64,000 bases of DNA from Gammaproteobacteria bacterium (GTDB taxonomy: Bacteria; Pseudomonadota; Gammaproteobacteria; Ga0077536). The notes under the pieces are model-generated. The model did not search any database. It was given only the letters and a program-made list of their open reading frames with translations, and had not been told where the DNA came from. This document shows positions 8,880 through 18,287 of the stretch, piece by piece. The stretch lies in the NCBI GenBank assembly GCA_963662545.2, contig CAXXLL010000003.1, positions 768,001 to 832,000 of the forward strand, in the 5' to 3' direction. Numbering within the stretch: position 1 is the stretch's first letter; each line of letters opens with the position of its first letter. A program made the translations under genes and the position numbers.

Positions 8880-10127
8880 ATGCGAGAATCTATAGCGCTA
8901 GTTTCAGGCATTTTTTCCTTCTGCCTGCCGTTTTTGGCGGCGGCGGACCTCGAACCAAACCTACGGCCGGAATTGGCCGCGAGTCAGAGAAGCTATGAAA
9001 ACCTGATCGAAACGCTGGGGCGATCCCATGGCCCGCTCGCGTTCGAACTCGCCGAACAATGGTCCGCGCTCGGATTCCTGCAACGCGAATCGCGTAATTA
9101 CTCGGGCGCCATCGACAGCTTCGAACGTGCCCTGCATATCGAACGGGTCCACAAGGGCTTGTATCATCCGGATCAAATCCCCTTGATCGAACGACTGATC
9201 GAGAGCAACCGCGCGCTCGGCGCATGGTCGGAGGTCGCGCAGAACCACAAGCTTCTTCAATTCGTCAATGACCGCGGAAGGCCGCGCATCAGCCCCGAGC
9301 GGATCGCTACTTTGCGCAAGATCGCGCTCTGGAATTTGGAAGCGGCCGATCTGCCAACAGGCCAGGCGCCGTTCCGTCATCTGCAGACAGCCCAGGACCT
9401 CACCGAAGAAGCCCTTGAACTGGTGGAATCACGCCACCAGGACTCCGCGCTTACTCAAATAGAGATTCTAAACCTGAAAGCAGCGATCGCCTTTCGGATC
9501 GCTCACCACATGACGACCTGGATCGGTGAACCGATACACGGTGTCACCGCAGATAGCATCATATCCACCACGTCAAATGACGTAAGTGACCTGATATTTC
9601 GTCAAAATCTGGTCATCAGCAATTACAGCCAAGGACGCGCCGCTCTCGATCGCGCCAAGCGGATCGCCTACGAGAAGAACGACAAGGCAAGCCAGGCGCG
9701 CGCCGAACTGTACCTGGGTGACTGGCACCTATTGTTCAATCGGCGAAACGCGGCGGCCGAGCACTACGCCAAAGCGCAGCGGCTGTCGCAGGAGGCAAAT
9801 GTCAACTTGTTCGAAACGTATCGCCGCCTGCCGAATTTCATCGACGGCGACGACGACCGCTTGGCATCCGCGCCATCCGGGGGTCATGTAAACTATGTGC
9901 GTACGCGCTTTGACATCGATCGGCAGGGTCGTGTGCGCAACGTGGAAATCCTGGAAGTGAATCCACCAGGCAAGTCGGGGCTGGCCAGGCGCGCACGAAA
10001 ACAGCTGCGCGAGACGCGGTTTCGACCCCGTTACGATCGAGGAAAGCCGGTGAAATCCAAAGGTGTCGAAATACGATTTTTATTTCCGCAAGCCGATACC
10101 GCCAAACGTGCGGAAGGAGCGACCTAG
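8880..10127 (+). CDS. Secreted TPR-repeat protein with C-terminal TonB-C domain
   Basis: Signal-like N-terminus from ATG 8880; TPR-like helices; C-terminal VRTRFDIDRQGRVRNVEIL...RFRPRYDRGKPV. Confidence 0.7.
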   Translation: MRESIALVSGIFSFCLPFLAAADLEPNLRPELAASQRSYENLIETLGRSHGPLAFELAEQWSALGFLQRESRNYSGAIDSFERALHIERVHKGLYHPDQIPLIERLIESNRALGAWSEVAQNHKLLQFVNDRGRPRISPERIATLRKIALWNLEAADLPTGQAPFRHLQTAQDLTEEALELVESRHQDSALTQIEILNLKAAIAFRIAHHMTTWIGEPIHGVTADSIISTTSNDVSDLIFRQNLVISNYSQGRAALDRAKRIAYEKNDKASQARAELYLGDWHLLFNRRNAAAEHYAKAQRLSQEANVNLFETYRRLPNFIDGDDDRLASAPSGGHVNYVRTRFDIDRQGRVRNVEILEVNPPGKSGLARRARKQLRETRFRPRYDRGKPVKSKGVEIRFLFPQADTAKRAEGAT

Positions 10128-11065
10128 TGGAATCCCGATTGTTCAATTCGTGTTTTAAACTCGCCCTGTTGATCCTGGTGGCCTGCGCGCTCGGCGCATG
10201 CAATACGAATCCGCCGCGGCCTGAGCCGGCACCTCTCCCGCGAACGCTCCCGGAACCTCCACCACCGCCCCCGCAGCAATCGAGTACTCACCAGGAGCCA
10301 GCGGGCACGAACGAGGTGCAATCGGCAGAACAGCAGTCCTACCCATCGCCCAGAGCGGACGCGGCCGAAGTTGAAGTCGAGGAAATCAGCCTCGACGGTG
10401 AGTCGGAAGCATCCACGCAAACCGCAAGCACCGCAACCACGCAGGCGCAACGCCAAACGGGAGGCGAGGCTGTCCACAGCACACCGTCGGGCGGTGGCGG
10501 CGGTTCCACTCCACGCGGCGCAGCCTACGAGGCAGCTGCCGGCGAGCTCGCCAGAAGCACCGGCGTCGTTTTACTGAACCCGGCCGGCACCGAGACAGAA
10601 GAAAATCTGACCGGGCCGAATATGAACATTGGCGCCCAAACAGAAGCCGAACAAATCGCGCGGCTCAACAGCGAATTGGACGGCCGCCTCGCCGAATTCG
10701 ACGAGCGGATGCGCCGCGCGCGCGCGGCGGCCGAAATGGATAAAAACCAGGCCTACGGTGGTGATGGCAGCCCCGCGGGAATCGAGGGCGGCCGGGGCCA
10801 GCGATACGAAGCACCCGACGAGCGGCGCGGTGAGGGCGGTGCCGCCGCCACTGGAACCGGGCTCGGTAATACACCCGATCTCGTCGGAGAAACCGGCGGA
10901 GGGGGGCGGCACATCGCCGCAGCAGCACCTCCGCCCAATATCCCAGACGGCCGCAACGACGACATCGTGGCGCGTCAATTGCGTGAAGCCGCAAGCAAGG
11001 AAGCCGACCCAATTCTGCGCGAAAAACTTTGGGAGGAGTACCGCAAGTACAAGGCGGGACTCTGA
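10127..11065 (+). CDS. Pro/Gly-rich lipoprotein with coiled coil
   Basis: Lipobox LGAC; poly-Pro; C-terminal PPNIPDGRNDDIVARQLREAA..E.DP.LREKLWEEYRKYK; start overlaps upstream stop. Confidence 0.7.
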   Translation: MESRLFNSCFKLALLILVACALGACNTNPPRPEPAPLPRTLPEPPPPPPQQSSTHQEPAGTNEVQSAEQQSYPSPRADAAEVEVEEISLDGESEASTQTASTATTQAQRQTGGEAVHSTPSGGGGGSTPRGAAYEAAAGELARSTGVVLLNPAGTETEENLTGPNMNIGAQTEAEQIARLNSELDGRLAEFDERMRRARAAAEMDKNQAYGGDGSPAGIEGGRGQRYEAPDERRGEGGAAATGTGLGNTPDLVGETGGGGRHIAAAAPPPNIPDGRNDDIVARQLREAASKEADPILREKLWEEYRKYKAGL

Positions 11066-11069
11066 TTTG

Positions 11070-12266
11070 ATGCGAATTGGAAGCTTAAGTACCGCTTGCT
11101 CGATCGGTTTGCTATTCGCACTGGCGGGTTGTGCCACGCAAACCGTGCGTTCAACGGCTGTGGTACCCGTCAATTCGGTCGTCGAATCCATCCCGGACGA
11201 CTTGCTGCTCGATGTCAACATCGCGATTCTCGATCCCGGTATCGAGAATCTTGATCCCAAGAAAACGACGACGACGCCCGGGATCAGGCGCGCCGAAGGA
11301 CATTACATCGCCGAGCGGCTCAAGCATACGCTCGAATCCTCACGGCAATGGGCTGCGGTTCGAGTCGTGCCTGAAATCGGGCGTGAAGTCGATGTCACGG
11401 TGTCCGGCAAGATCTTAAAGTCCGACGGCGAAACCCTGAAAATCCAGATCACCGTGAACGATGCAACAGGGCGCACCTGGTTCACGAGGACCTACGACGA
11501 GCAAGTGAGCCGGTTCGCCTATGACGCGGAGATCAGAAGGCGGCAGGAACCCTTCCAAAACGTCTACAACCGGGTCGCCAATGATATGCGCGAATACCTC
11601 ATGCGGCAGGACCTGACCACGCTAGGTAACATCAGGACGACCAGCAAACTCCGCTTCGCCGCACGATTCGCACCAGAACCTTTTGCCGATTACATCGAGG
11701 TGGATTCCAGGGGACATTACTCGATTCAGCGGCTCCCCGCGGAAAACGATCCGATCCTACAGCGCGTTCGCCAGATCCGGGTGCGTGACGAGATGTTCGT
11801 CGATCGTCTGCAGGATTTCTACCGGGAATTCGATCGCGACATGACGACTTCCTATGACAACTGGCGCCTGGAAAGCTATACGGAGACAGAAGCCCTGCGT
11901 GAACTCAAGTCACAGGCATTGGCGCGGACGCTCGGCGGCGCGCTCGCCGTAATCGGCGGCATCCTTGCGCAAGGCAGCAACAGTGCGACGGCGCGGACCG
12001 CGGGCGTGCTCGGCATCGGGGTAGGCGCCTACATGTTCAAGAGCGGCCTGGATAAGAACGCCGAAGCGCGCATCCATACCGAAGCACTCAAGGAGCTTTC
12101 CGAATCGTTGAACGCCGAAATACAACCCCAGACGATCGCGCTGACTGACCGCACGGTCGAACTTTCGGGGACGGTCGAAGAACAGTACCGGCAATGGCAG
12201 GAGCTGCTGAATCAAATCTATCTCATTGACACAGGGCAGGCATCACCCGACATCATCAGCCATTGA
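11070..12266 (+). CDS. Lipoprotein with TolB-N/CsgG-like segment and glycine-zipper hairpin
   Basis: ATG 11070 follows the upstream stop; lipobox LAGC; GGALAVIGGILA...GVLGIGVGA. Confidence 0.7.
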   Translation: MRIGSLSTACSIGLLFALAGCATQTVRSTAVVPVNSVVESIPDDLLLDVNIAILDPGIENLDPKKTTTTPGIRRAEGHYIAERLKHTLESSRQWAAVRVVPEIGREVDVTVSGKILKSDGETLKIQITVNDATGRTWFTRTYDEQVSRFAYDAEIRRRQEPFQNVYNRVANDMREYLMRQDLTTLGNIRTTSKLRFAARFAPEPFADYIEVDSRGHYSIQRLPAENDPILQRVRQIRVRDEMFVDRLQDFYREFDRDMTTSYDNWRLESYTETEALRELKSQALARTLGGALAVIGGILAQGSNSATARTAGVLGIGVGAYMFKSGLDKNAEARIHTEALKELSESLNAEIQPQTIALTDRTVELSGTVEEQYRQWQELLNQIYLIDTGQASPDIISH

Positions 12267-13825
12267 ATTCATTGAGTACTGACACCCAAAGACCCGCAAC
12301 GCGAAACCCGATGATTGAACCGGCATCCTTCAAGATCCGGGCTAATGAGGCCGACATGCGCACCTCTGGAGAGCGATCTTCGCTCAAGGTCGTGCTTGCC
12401 GCATCGGCGATTTCGTTTCTGGTGTTCGTGCTGTTCGTCGTGGTCGTCGTGCTGCCGAAGTGGGTTGCCGGTCCCGAGGTGCCCGCGAAGCTGGTTCAAG
12501 GAAGTGAAATAACTCCGAACGAGCCCGATCCGGAAGGCACCGCTGGCACCGATGCCGGCGAGATCTCACAAGATCGCGCGACGACGGACGCAGATCGCAC
12601 GAACACACAGGATCTCCTGCGCTCAGCATTGGAAAAACTCGATTCGCTCGAATCGATGGATGCTGAATCCTGGGCTAAAACGGAAATCCACTTGATTCGC
12701 GAGCGGATCGCCGAAGGCGAGAAAGCCTATCGAGAAAAACGCTACGTCGCTGCAAAAAACAGCTATCTCGACAGCGTCGAGCGTATCGAACGACTATTGA
12801 GCGGCATCCCCGATATCGTCGAAAAGCTGACGGACGCGGGATACCTCGCACTCGACAACGGTGATTCCGTGCAGGCGGCAGCCGCCTTCGACGAAGTCCT
12901 CGCCATCGATCCCGATCATGCCAGAGCCAAGCGCGGCCGCGCGCGGGCTGAGACGCTCGATCAGGTCCTCGCCCTGGTCGGGCAGGCGGAAGGCTACGAG
13001 CGGATGCAACAGATCGACAAAGCGCTGACGGCGAACCGGGAGGCGGTGAAAATCGATCCGGATGCGCCCGGGGCCGCCGCTGCGATCACGCGGATCGAAC
13101 GTGCTGAACGTGAATCGGCGTTCCACACGGCCATGTCGAGCGGCTTTCGCGCTTTCGAAATTCAGGAATTCCGAAAAGCGCGCGAAGCGTTTCAACGCGC
13201 AGTGAAGCTCGACCCCAATGCGCCGGAAGCCGAATCCGCCATTAAACAGACGGACAACGCGGAGGCCTCCTTCAAGATCGAGCGTTACCTGGGTGGTGCA
13301 CGAAAGGCCGAGCGTGAAGAGCAATGGCACACGGCGGCCAAACAATTCGAAGCTGCCCTGAAAATCGATCCTCGTTTGTCACCAGCGATCGCCGCCAAAC
13401 AAAACGCCGATATGCGGCACCGGCTCGATGTCAAACTCACCGCTTACCTCGCGCGCACCGACCGCTTCTCTGCCGACGCCGTTCACAAGGAAGCAAGTCG
13501 AATACTGGCAAACGCACAGGGCGTTCCGACCCCCGGTCGCGTACTCCAAAAGCAGATTGCCGATCTTTCGCACGCACTGAAGCTCGCGCGTACACCAGTC
13601 GCCGTAAGCCTGCAGTCGGATAATTTAACCGCTGTTACGATCTACCGCATCGGTGACCTCGGCCATTTCGAAGTTCGCGAAGTCCCCCTCCTGCCTGGCG
13701 AGTACACGGCGGTCGGAAAACGAGACGGATACCGTGACGTCCGCGTAGAATTCGTGGTGAAACCCGTCGATCAGGGACCTGTAATAACGGTTAGGTGCGA
13801 CGAGCAATTCGCCTTCGGAAGTTGA
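12263..13825 (+). CDS. Membrane-anchored TPR protein with C-terminal PEGA-like beta domain
   Basis: One N-terminal TM; repeated A..AF..A...DP TPR motifs; LLPGEYTAVGKRDGYRD. Confidence 0.75.
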   Translation: MNSLSTDTQRPATRNPMIEPASFKIRANEADMRTSGERSSLKVVLAASAISFLVFVLFVVVVVLPKWVAGPEVPAKLVQGSEITPNEPDPEGTAGTDAGEISQDRATTDADRTNTQDLLRSALEKLDSLESMDAESWAKTEIHLIRERIAEGEKAYREKRYVAAKNSYLDSVERIERLLSGIPDIVEKLTDAGYLALDNGDSVQAAAAFDEVLAIDPDHARAKRGRARAETLDQVLALVGQAEGYERMQQIDKALTANREAVKIDPDAPGAAAAITRIERAERESAFHTAMSSGFRAFEIQEFRKAREAFQRAVKLDPNAPEAESAIKQTDNAEASFKIERYLGGARKAEREEQWHTAAKQFEAALKIDPRLSPAIAAKQNADMRHRLDVKLTAYLARTDRFSADAVHKEASRILANAQGVPTPGRVLQKQIADLSHALKLARTPVAVSLQSDNLTAVTIYRIGDLGHFEVREVPLLPGEYTAVGKRDGYRDVRVEFVVKPVDQGPVITVRCDEQFAFGS

Positions 13826-13831
13826 ACGCCA

Positions 13832-15928
13832 TTGAGCACACGAGAATCGACGCCGGAATCTAATGACACAGATCCTGGCAACGTCATCAAGGCAACGCGA
13901 TTCCGCCCGCCCACGGGCGGACCCGAGCTGCCCACGGTCCGGATCCCGTGGACACTTTCGATCGTCGTCGCCGTTCTCGCCACAACCGTCTGGGCAGCAT
14001 GGTTCGTATGGACCGCGCGCTCCGTCGCAATCAAGGTCAGGCCCGATATCGCTTCGGTATTCGTCGAAGAGTGGCTCGCGCCCCGCGTCGGTAATCACTG
14101 GCTCCTGCGACCAGGGCAGCGCCGCATTCGGGTCGAGGCCCCGGGATACACGACGTTCTCCGGAACGATAAAAGTTGGCGACGCGCCCTTGCAGACCCAG
14201 CAGGTGACCCTCCAAGCGCTGCCCGGACACCTTCGTATCGAAATAGAGCCGGTGGCCCAGGCCGGTGTATTCATCGACGGATCGGAACGCGGATCCGCGC
14301 CGGGCATCATTAAAGACATTGCGGCCGGTTTGCGCGAAATCCAGATCCGCGCGCCACGCTACCAAACATTCGTCGCGACCGTCGAGGTGGAAGGGAAAGG
14401 GATCGAGCAAAATCTGACCGCGGTGCTGGATCCGGCCTGGGCCGCGGTCGCGATCGATTCAAAACCCTCGGGTGCGCAGGTAATCGTCGATGGTGAAAAC
14501 CTTGGCGAGACTCCGCTCGACGTCGAATTGCTGCAGGGGCGGCGCGTCGTGCAGATCAAGAAAGCCAAATATAAAAGATGGCAGCAGACGCTCAAGATCG
14601 TGCCCGGGAATCGCGTGAACCTGGGCGAGATCGTGCTTATTAAGGCGGACGGCCACTTGAAGATCGACTCTTCACCCCGCGGCGCGAGTGTGACAGTGGA
14701 CGGCCAGTTCGAAGGCCGTACGCCGATTGAACTTGCGCTGACTCCCGACAAAAAGCATCGGGTTCGCCTTCTGAAAGAAGGGTTTAAATCGGCCGAACGG
14801 ACCATCGAACTCGAATCGGAAAAGCTCGAAAACATGAACATCGAACTTGCCCCCGAACTCGCAACGATACGTCTTTTGACCTCGCCCGAAGACGCCGAAC
14901 TGTTGATCAACGGAACACCGAGCGGCAGCGCGACGCAAACCCTGAACCTGCCGACCCACGAACACCGGATCACAGTGCGGCGGGCGGGATACGCGACCTA
15001 TGAAACGACCATCACGCCGCGCAAAGGGGTGGAGAAGCGATTCAAGATCCGGCTTCGCACCGAGCAGGAGATGGCACGCGCTGGACGACAGCGTAAGAGT
15101 TCCAAGAAAGGGTTCGCCACCACTTTCGCGGGCCAGGAAATGAAACTCTTCACGGGCGGGCGGATCGTGATGGGATCTTCACGCCGGGAGAGCGGCCGGC
15201 GGGCAAACGAAGTGCAGCGCGAAGTCGCATTGAAGCGGCCGTTCTACCTGTCGATCAAGGAAGTCACCAATGGCGAGTTCCGGAAATTCCTGGCCAGTCA
15301 CCAATCGAAGCCGTTCGAAAAAAACGAACTCAATAAAAATGAACAACCCGTTGCCGACATCAGTTGGGAACTTGCGGCCACCTATTGCAACTGGCTGAGC
15401 CGGCGCGACGGCTTACCGCCGTTTTACCAGATCAAGTTCGGCGAGGTCCTCGGCATCAATCCCGACTCCACCGGTTACCGGCTGCCAACCGAGGCCGAAT
15501 GGGAATGGGTGGCACGGGTTCCGCCCAAGGGGACGCGCACGATCTTTCCCTGGGGAGAAAAGTTTCCGCCGCGTGGGCGTTCCGGAAATTATGCGGATTC
15601 GACCGCTGCCAATATCATGGGTGACACGATCGAGGGATACTCGGACGGATTCGCGGTCGCGGCGCCCGTTGGGAGCTTTGCCGTTAATTTAAGGGGTCTT
15701 TATGACACGGGCGGCAATGTGGCTGAATGGGTACACGACTACTATGATGCGGCTCCGAGCGTCGCGCCGTCGCTCGATCCCCTGGGGCCCGCGGCGGGCG
15801 CCCAGCACGTGATCAAGGGTTCCAGTTGGGCGCACGGTTCGGTGACCGAGCTGCGGCTTGCCTACCGGGATTACGGCGGCGAGGGACGCGACGACCTTGG
15901 TTTCAGATTGGCACGATATGCGCAGTAA
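13832..15928 (+). CDS. TM + multiple PEGA domains + FGE/SUMF1-like domain (non-catalytic)
   Basis: Repeats IDS.P.GA.V.VDG...G.TP; KEVTNGEF, YRLPTEAEWE, GLYDTGGNVAEWV, DLGFRL. Confidence 0.85.
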   Translation: MSTRESTPESNDTDPGNVIKATRFRPPTGGPELPTVRIPWTLSIVVAVLATTVWAAWFVWTARSVAIKVRPDIASVFVEEWLAPRVGNHWLLRPGQRRIRVEAPGYTTFSGTIKVGDAPLQTQQVTLQALPGHLRIEIEPVAQAGVFIDGSERGSAPGIIKDIAAGLREIQIRAPRYQTFVATVEVEGKGIEQNLTAVLDPAWAAVAIDSKPSGAQVIVDGENLGETPLDVELLQGRRVVQIKKAKYKRWQQTLKIVPGNRVNLGEIVLIKADGHLKIDSSPRGASVTVDGQFEGRTPIELALTPDKKHRVRLLKEGFKSAERTIELESEKLENMNIELAPELATIRLLTSPEDAELLINGTPSGSATQTLNLPTHEHRITVRRAGYATYETTITPRKGVEKRFKIRLRTEQEMARAGRQRKSSKKGFATTFAGQEMKLFTGGRIVMGSSRRESGRRANEVQREVALKRPFYLSIKEVTNGEFRKFLASHQSKPFEKNELNKNEQPVADISWELAATYCNWLSRRDGLPPFYQIKFGEVLGINPDSTGYRLPTEAEWEWVARVPPKGTRTIFPWGEKFPPRGRSGNYADSTAANIMGDTIEGYSDGFAVAAPVGSFAVNLRGLYDTGGNVAEWVHDYYDAAPSVAPSLDPLGPAAGAQHVIKGSSWAHGSVTELRLAYRDYGGEGRDDLGFRLARYAQ

Positions 15929-16154
15929 ACGCATCAGAAATTCGCTTTGCGCGATGTCGATGAGCCTGATCTTGACATGGGCGAGCCCCGCTTTTAGCCA
16001 AGTGGAAGAAACTGACGAACGCCTGAGTTCCGGCCACGAACTCGGTAAGGAAACGCTGCCCGAGCATCGCGTCCGCCCCCTGCCCTTTGATACCTTTAAG
16101 CCCTCCGAGGAAATTTCCGAAGACTATCCGGTACCGTTCCCGGTAGACATCTAG
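15918..16154 (+). CDS. Small secreted protein with acidic C-terminal motif
   Basis: ATG 15918 overlaps upstream gene; signal peptide ending ASPAFS-Q; ends FKPSEEISEDYPVPFPVDI. Confidence 0.6.
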   Translation: MRSKRIRNSLCAMSMSLILTWASPAFSQVEETDERLSSGHELGKETLPEHRVRPLPFDTFKPSEEISEDYPVPFPVDI

Positions 16155-16165
16155 AGTCCTCAAGC

Positions 16166-16963
16166 ATGAAGCACAATCCGTTGTCAGAGTTTTTCTACCA
16201 GCTGATCGCGTTGTTTCTTGCCATCATTATCGTTCATACGATTTACGTCACCATCATCAGGCCGGGAGCCCAGCTTGTCCTGGAAGAACAGCGCGCGCTT
16301 CAGTCCGAAGGGTTGGCCTACGACATGGACCGTTCCCTCTACGTAGTCATCAAAGACTACGAACAGGAAGCCTGCTTCGTACTGATGCTGTGGGCGACGG
16401 CCATCATGGGCTACAAGGCGAGGTTCCTGCTTGGCGAGCGGCAGTTACTCCGCCGACCGATGATCGAAGTGGAATCGGGAACGCGGATTTTGCCGCAGGA
16501 CGCGCGCAAGTATTCGCGCCCACTGCAGGCCTTGCCCGACCATGAACGCGAATATCTCCTGCCCCGCGCACTGCTGTCGGCTTTACAGCGATTCGGTTCG
16601 ACACAGAATATCCAGGACGTCTCGCAGACGATCCGCGAGATATGTGAAACCGAGGCGGAGCGGCTCGATTCAGAGCTCTCGATGATCCGCTACATCGTTT
16701 GGGCCATACCCTCCATCGGATTCATCGGCACGGTGCGCGGTATCGGCATGGCGCTCGGCCAGGCGCATCGCGCGGTGGAAGGCGACATCGTCGGGGTGAC
16801 GGTAAGCCTCGGCGTAGCATTCAATTCGACCTTCATCGCGCTCATCATCAGCCTGTTCATCATGTTCCTGATGCATCAACTCCAGTTGCTGCAGGAACGA
16901 CTCGTGCTCGACAGCCAATCGTATTGCGATATAAACCTGTTGCGGGTGCTGGCGGTACGCTGA
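16166..16963 (+). CDS. MotA/TolQ/ExbB proton-channel family protein
   Basis: WAIPSIGFIGTVRGI, LGVAFNSTFIAL; four TM segments. Confidence 0.9.
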   Translation: MKHNPLSEFFYQLIALFLAIIIVHTIYVTIIRPGAQLVLEEQRALQSEGLAYDMDRSLYVVIKDYEQEACFVLMLWATAIMGYKARFLLGERQLLRRPMIEVESGTRILPQDARKYSRPLQALPDHEREYLLPRALLSALQRFGSTQNIQDVSQTIREICETEAERLDSELSMIRYIVWAIPSIGFIGTVRGIGMALGQAHRAVEGDIVGVTVSLGVAFNSTFIALIISLFIMFLMHQLQLLQERLVLDSQSYCDINLLRVLAVR

Positions 16964-16976
16964 GGGATAGCGACTC

Positions 16977-18287
16977 ATGACCTTGCGTCTCATCGAGCTG
17001 AACGATTCCGGTGTGCGCGTTTTTCGCGAAGGCAAGATCATTTGCGAAAGCCCGGGCGTCGCCATCGTCGAACCTAATAAGGTCATCACGGGGACGGCGG
17101 CGCAGGCGTCGGCGCAATTGAACCCGCGCGCGGTTAACAACCGGTTCTGGCAGCACCTGAACGAGGTCAAGCTGCCGAACGCGAACCGCCAGGTCAGGCA
17201 CCATGCTGACCTCGCTTATCACCACTTGAGTACCGTGCTGGCGCAAGCCGGCCGCCCGCCGGACGCCGTACTCGCGGTACCCGGCCACTATGACGAACGG
17301 CAACTCGCGCTGTTACTCGGCATCGCACAAGCCTGCGATCTCAAGGTCTCGGGATTGATCGATAGCGCCGTTGCCGCCGTGGCGGGAGCGCTGCCCGAGG
17401 GGCGATACACGGTCGCCGACATCCATCAACACCACGTTACACTGACCTTGGTCGAGGTCGACGAAACCGCACGGCGCAGGTCGGCGAAAACGATCGACCA
17501 AACGGGCCTCAACCGCATCTACGAAGCCTGCGTCGACTTGATCTCCGATGCGTTCATGGAGCAGTCGCGATTCGATCCTCTACACGAGGCGGATACCGAG
17601 CAATTGCTCTACACGCATCTGCCCAAATGGCTCGAAGAGGCAGCGAACGCACCGGAGATCCAGATCGCCGTGGAATACCGCGGCAATCGCTTCAGCGTAA
17701 AAATACCTACGCGGGAATTCAGCCGCGTGACGGAGAATGTGCTCGCTCCGATCAACGATCATCTGCCGGGCGACACCGGCTTATTGCTGTGCGCCAGGCT
17801 CGCCCAGCTCCCAGGTTCGGTAGATCACCTGGCCGCGATCGATGTGCTTGCCGTGGACGCATGCTACCAGGGCGTTGCCGAACACCGAGTCAAGCTGGCC
17901 GGGGACGGGTCGGGCATGCCCTTCGTCACCGCGCTGCCACGCGCTACTAATCCGGTATTGGGCAGGTCGAAGCCAAGGTCCGAAAAAACGGACGCCCTCG
18001 GCGCCGCGACACACCTGTTGGCGGGGAGCAGGGCGTTCGCCCTGTCAAACTCGCCGCTCTACCTGAAACCGGACGGTACCGTCGACAAGACCCCTGAAGT
18101 AACCGAAGCGTGCGCGATCACGCTGGACGCCGGTATCGCTACGCTGCGTGTCAATGGCGCTGATACCCGTTTGAACGGCGAGCTGGTATCTGGAAGCTGC
18201 CAGGTGAGACCGGGCGATCACATTACTCTCAAGGGTGGGCGGGCTTTGTTCATTCCGATAGCGGTATTCGACTCCGGTGCGTTATAA
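16977..18287 (+). CDS. Degenerate Hsp70/actin-like NBD fused to FHA-like C-terminal domain
   Basis: Collinear similarity by eye to the DnaK NBD (SPGVA..VITG.AA..A..NP; AVLAVPGHY; LIDSAVAA; VADI); C-terminal TRLNGELV....VRPGDHITL. Confidence 0.65.
   Translation: MTLRLIELNDSGVRVFREGKIICESPGVAIVEPNKVITGTAAQASAQLNPRAVNNRFWQHLNEVKLPNANRQVRHHADLAYHHLSTVLAQAGRPPDAVLAVPGHYDERQLALLLGIAQACDLKVSGLIDSAVAAVAGALPEGRYTVADIHQHHVTLTLVEVDETARRRSAKTIDQTGLNRIYEACVDLISDAFMEQSRFDPLHEADTEQLLYTHLPKWLEEAANAPEIQIAVEYRGNRFSVKIPTREFSRVTENVLAPINDHLPGDTGLLLCARLAQLPGSVDHLAAIDVLAVDACYQGVAEHRVKLAGDGSGMPFVTALPRATNPVLGRSKPRSEKTDALGAATHLLAGSRAFALSNSPLYLKPDGTVDKTPEVTEACAITLDAGIATLRVNGADTRLNGELVSGSCQVRPGDHITLKGGRALFIPIAVFDSGAL

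Noticed and set aside
10629-11069. Long N-terminal extension of the 545-aa ORF (likewise 19936-20469 and 20910-21074)
   Set aside because: These overlap real upstream genes; lipoprotein signal peptides define the later starts
13832-15928. Sulfatase-maturing formylglycine-generating enzyme
   Set aside because: Catalytic Cys pair absent and no sulfatase nearby
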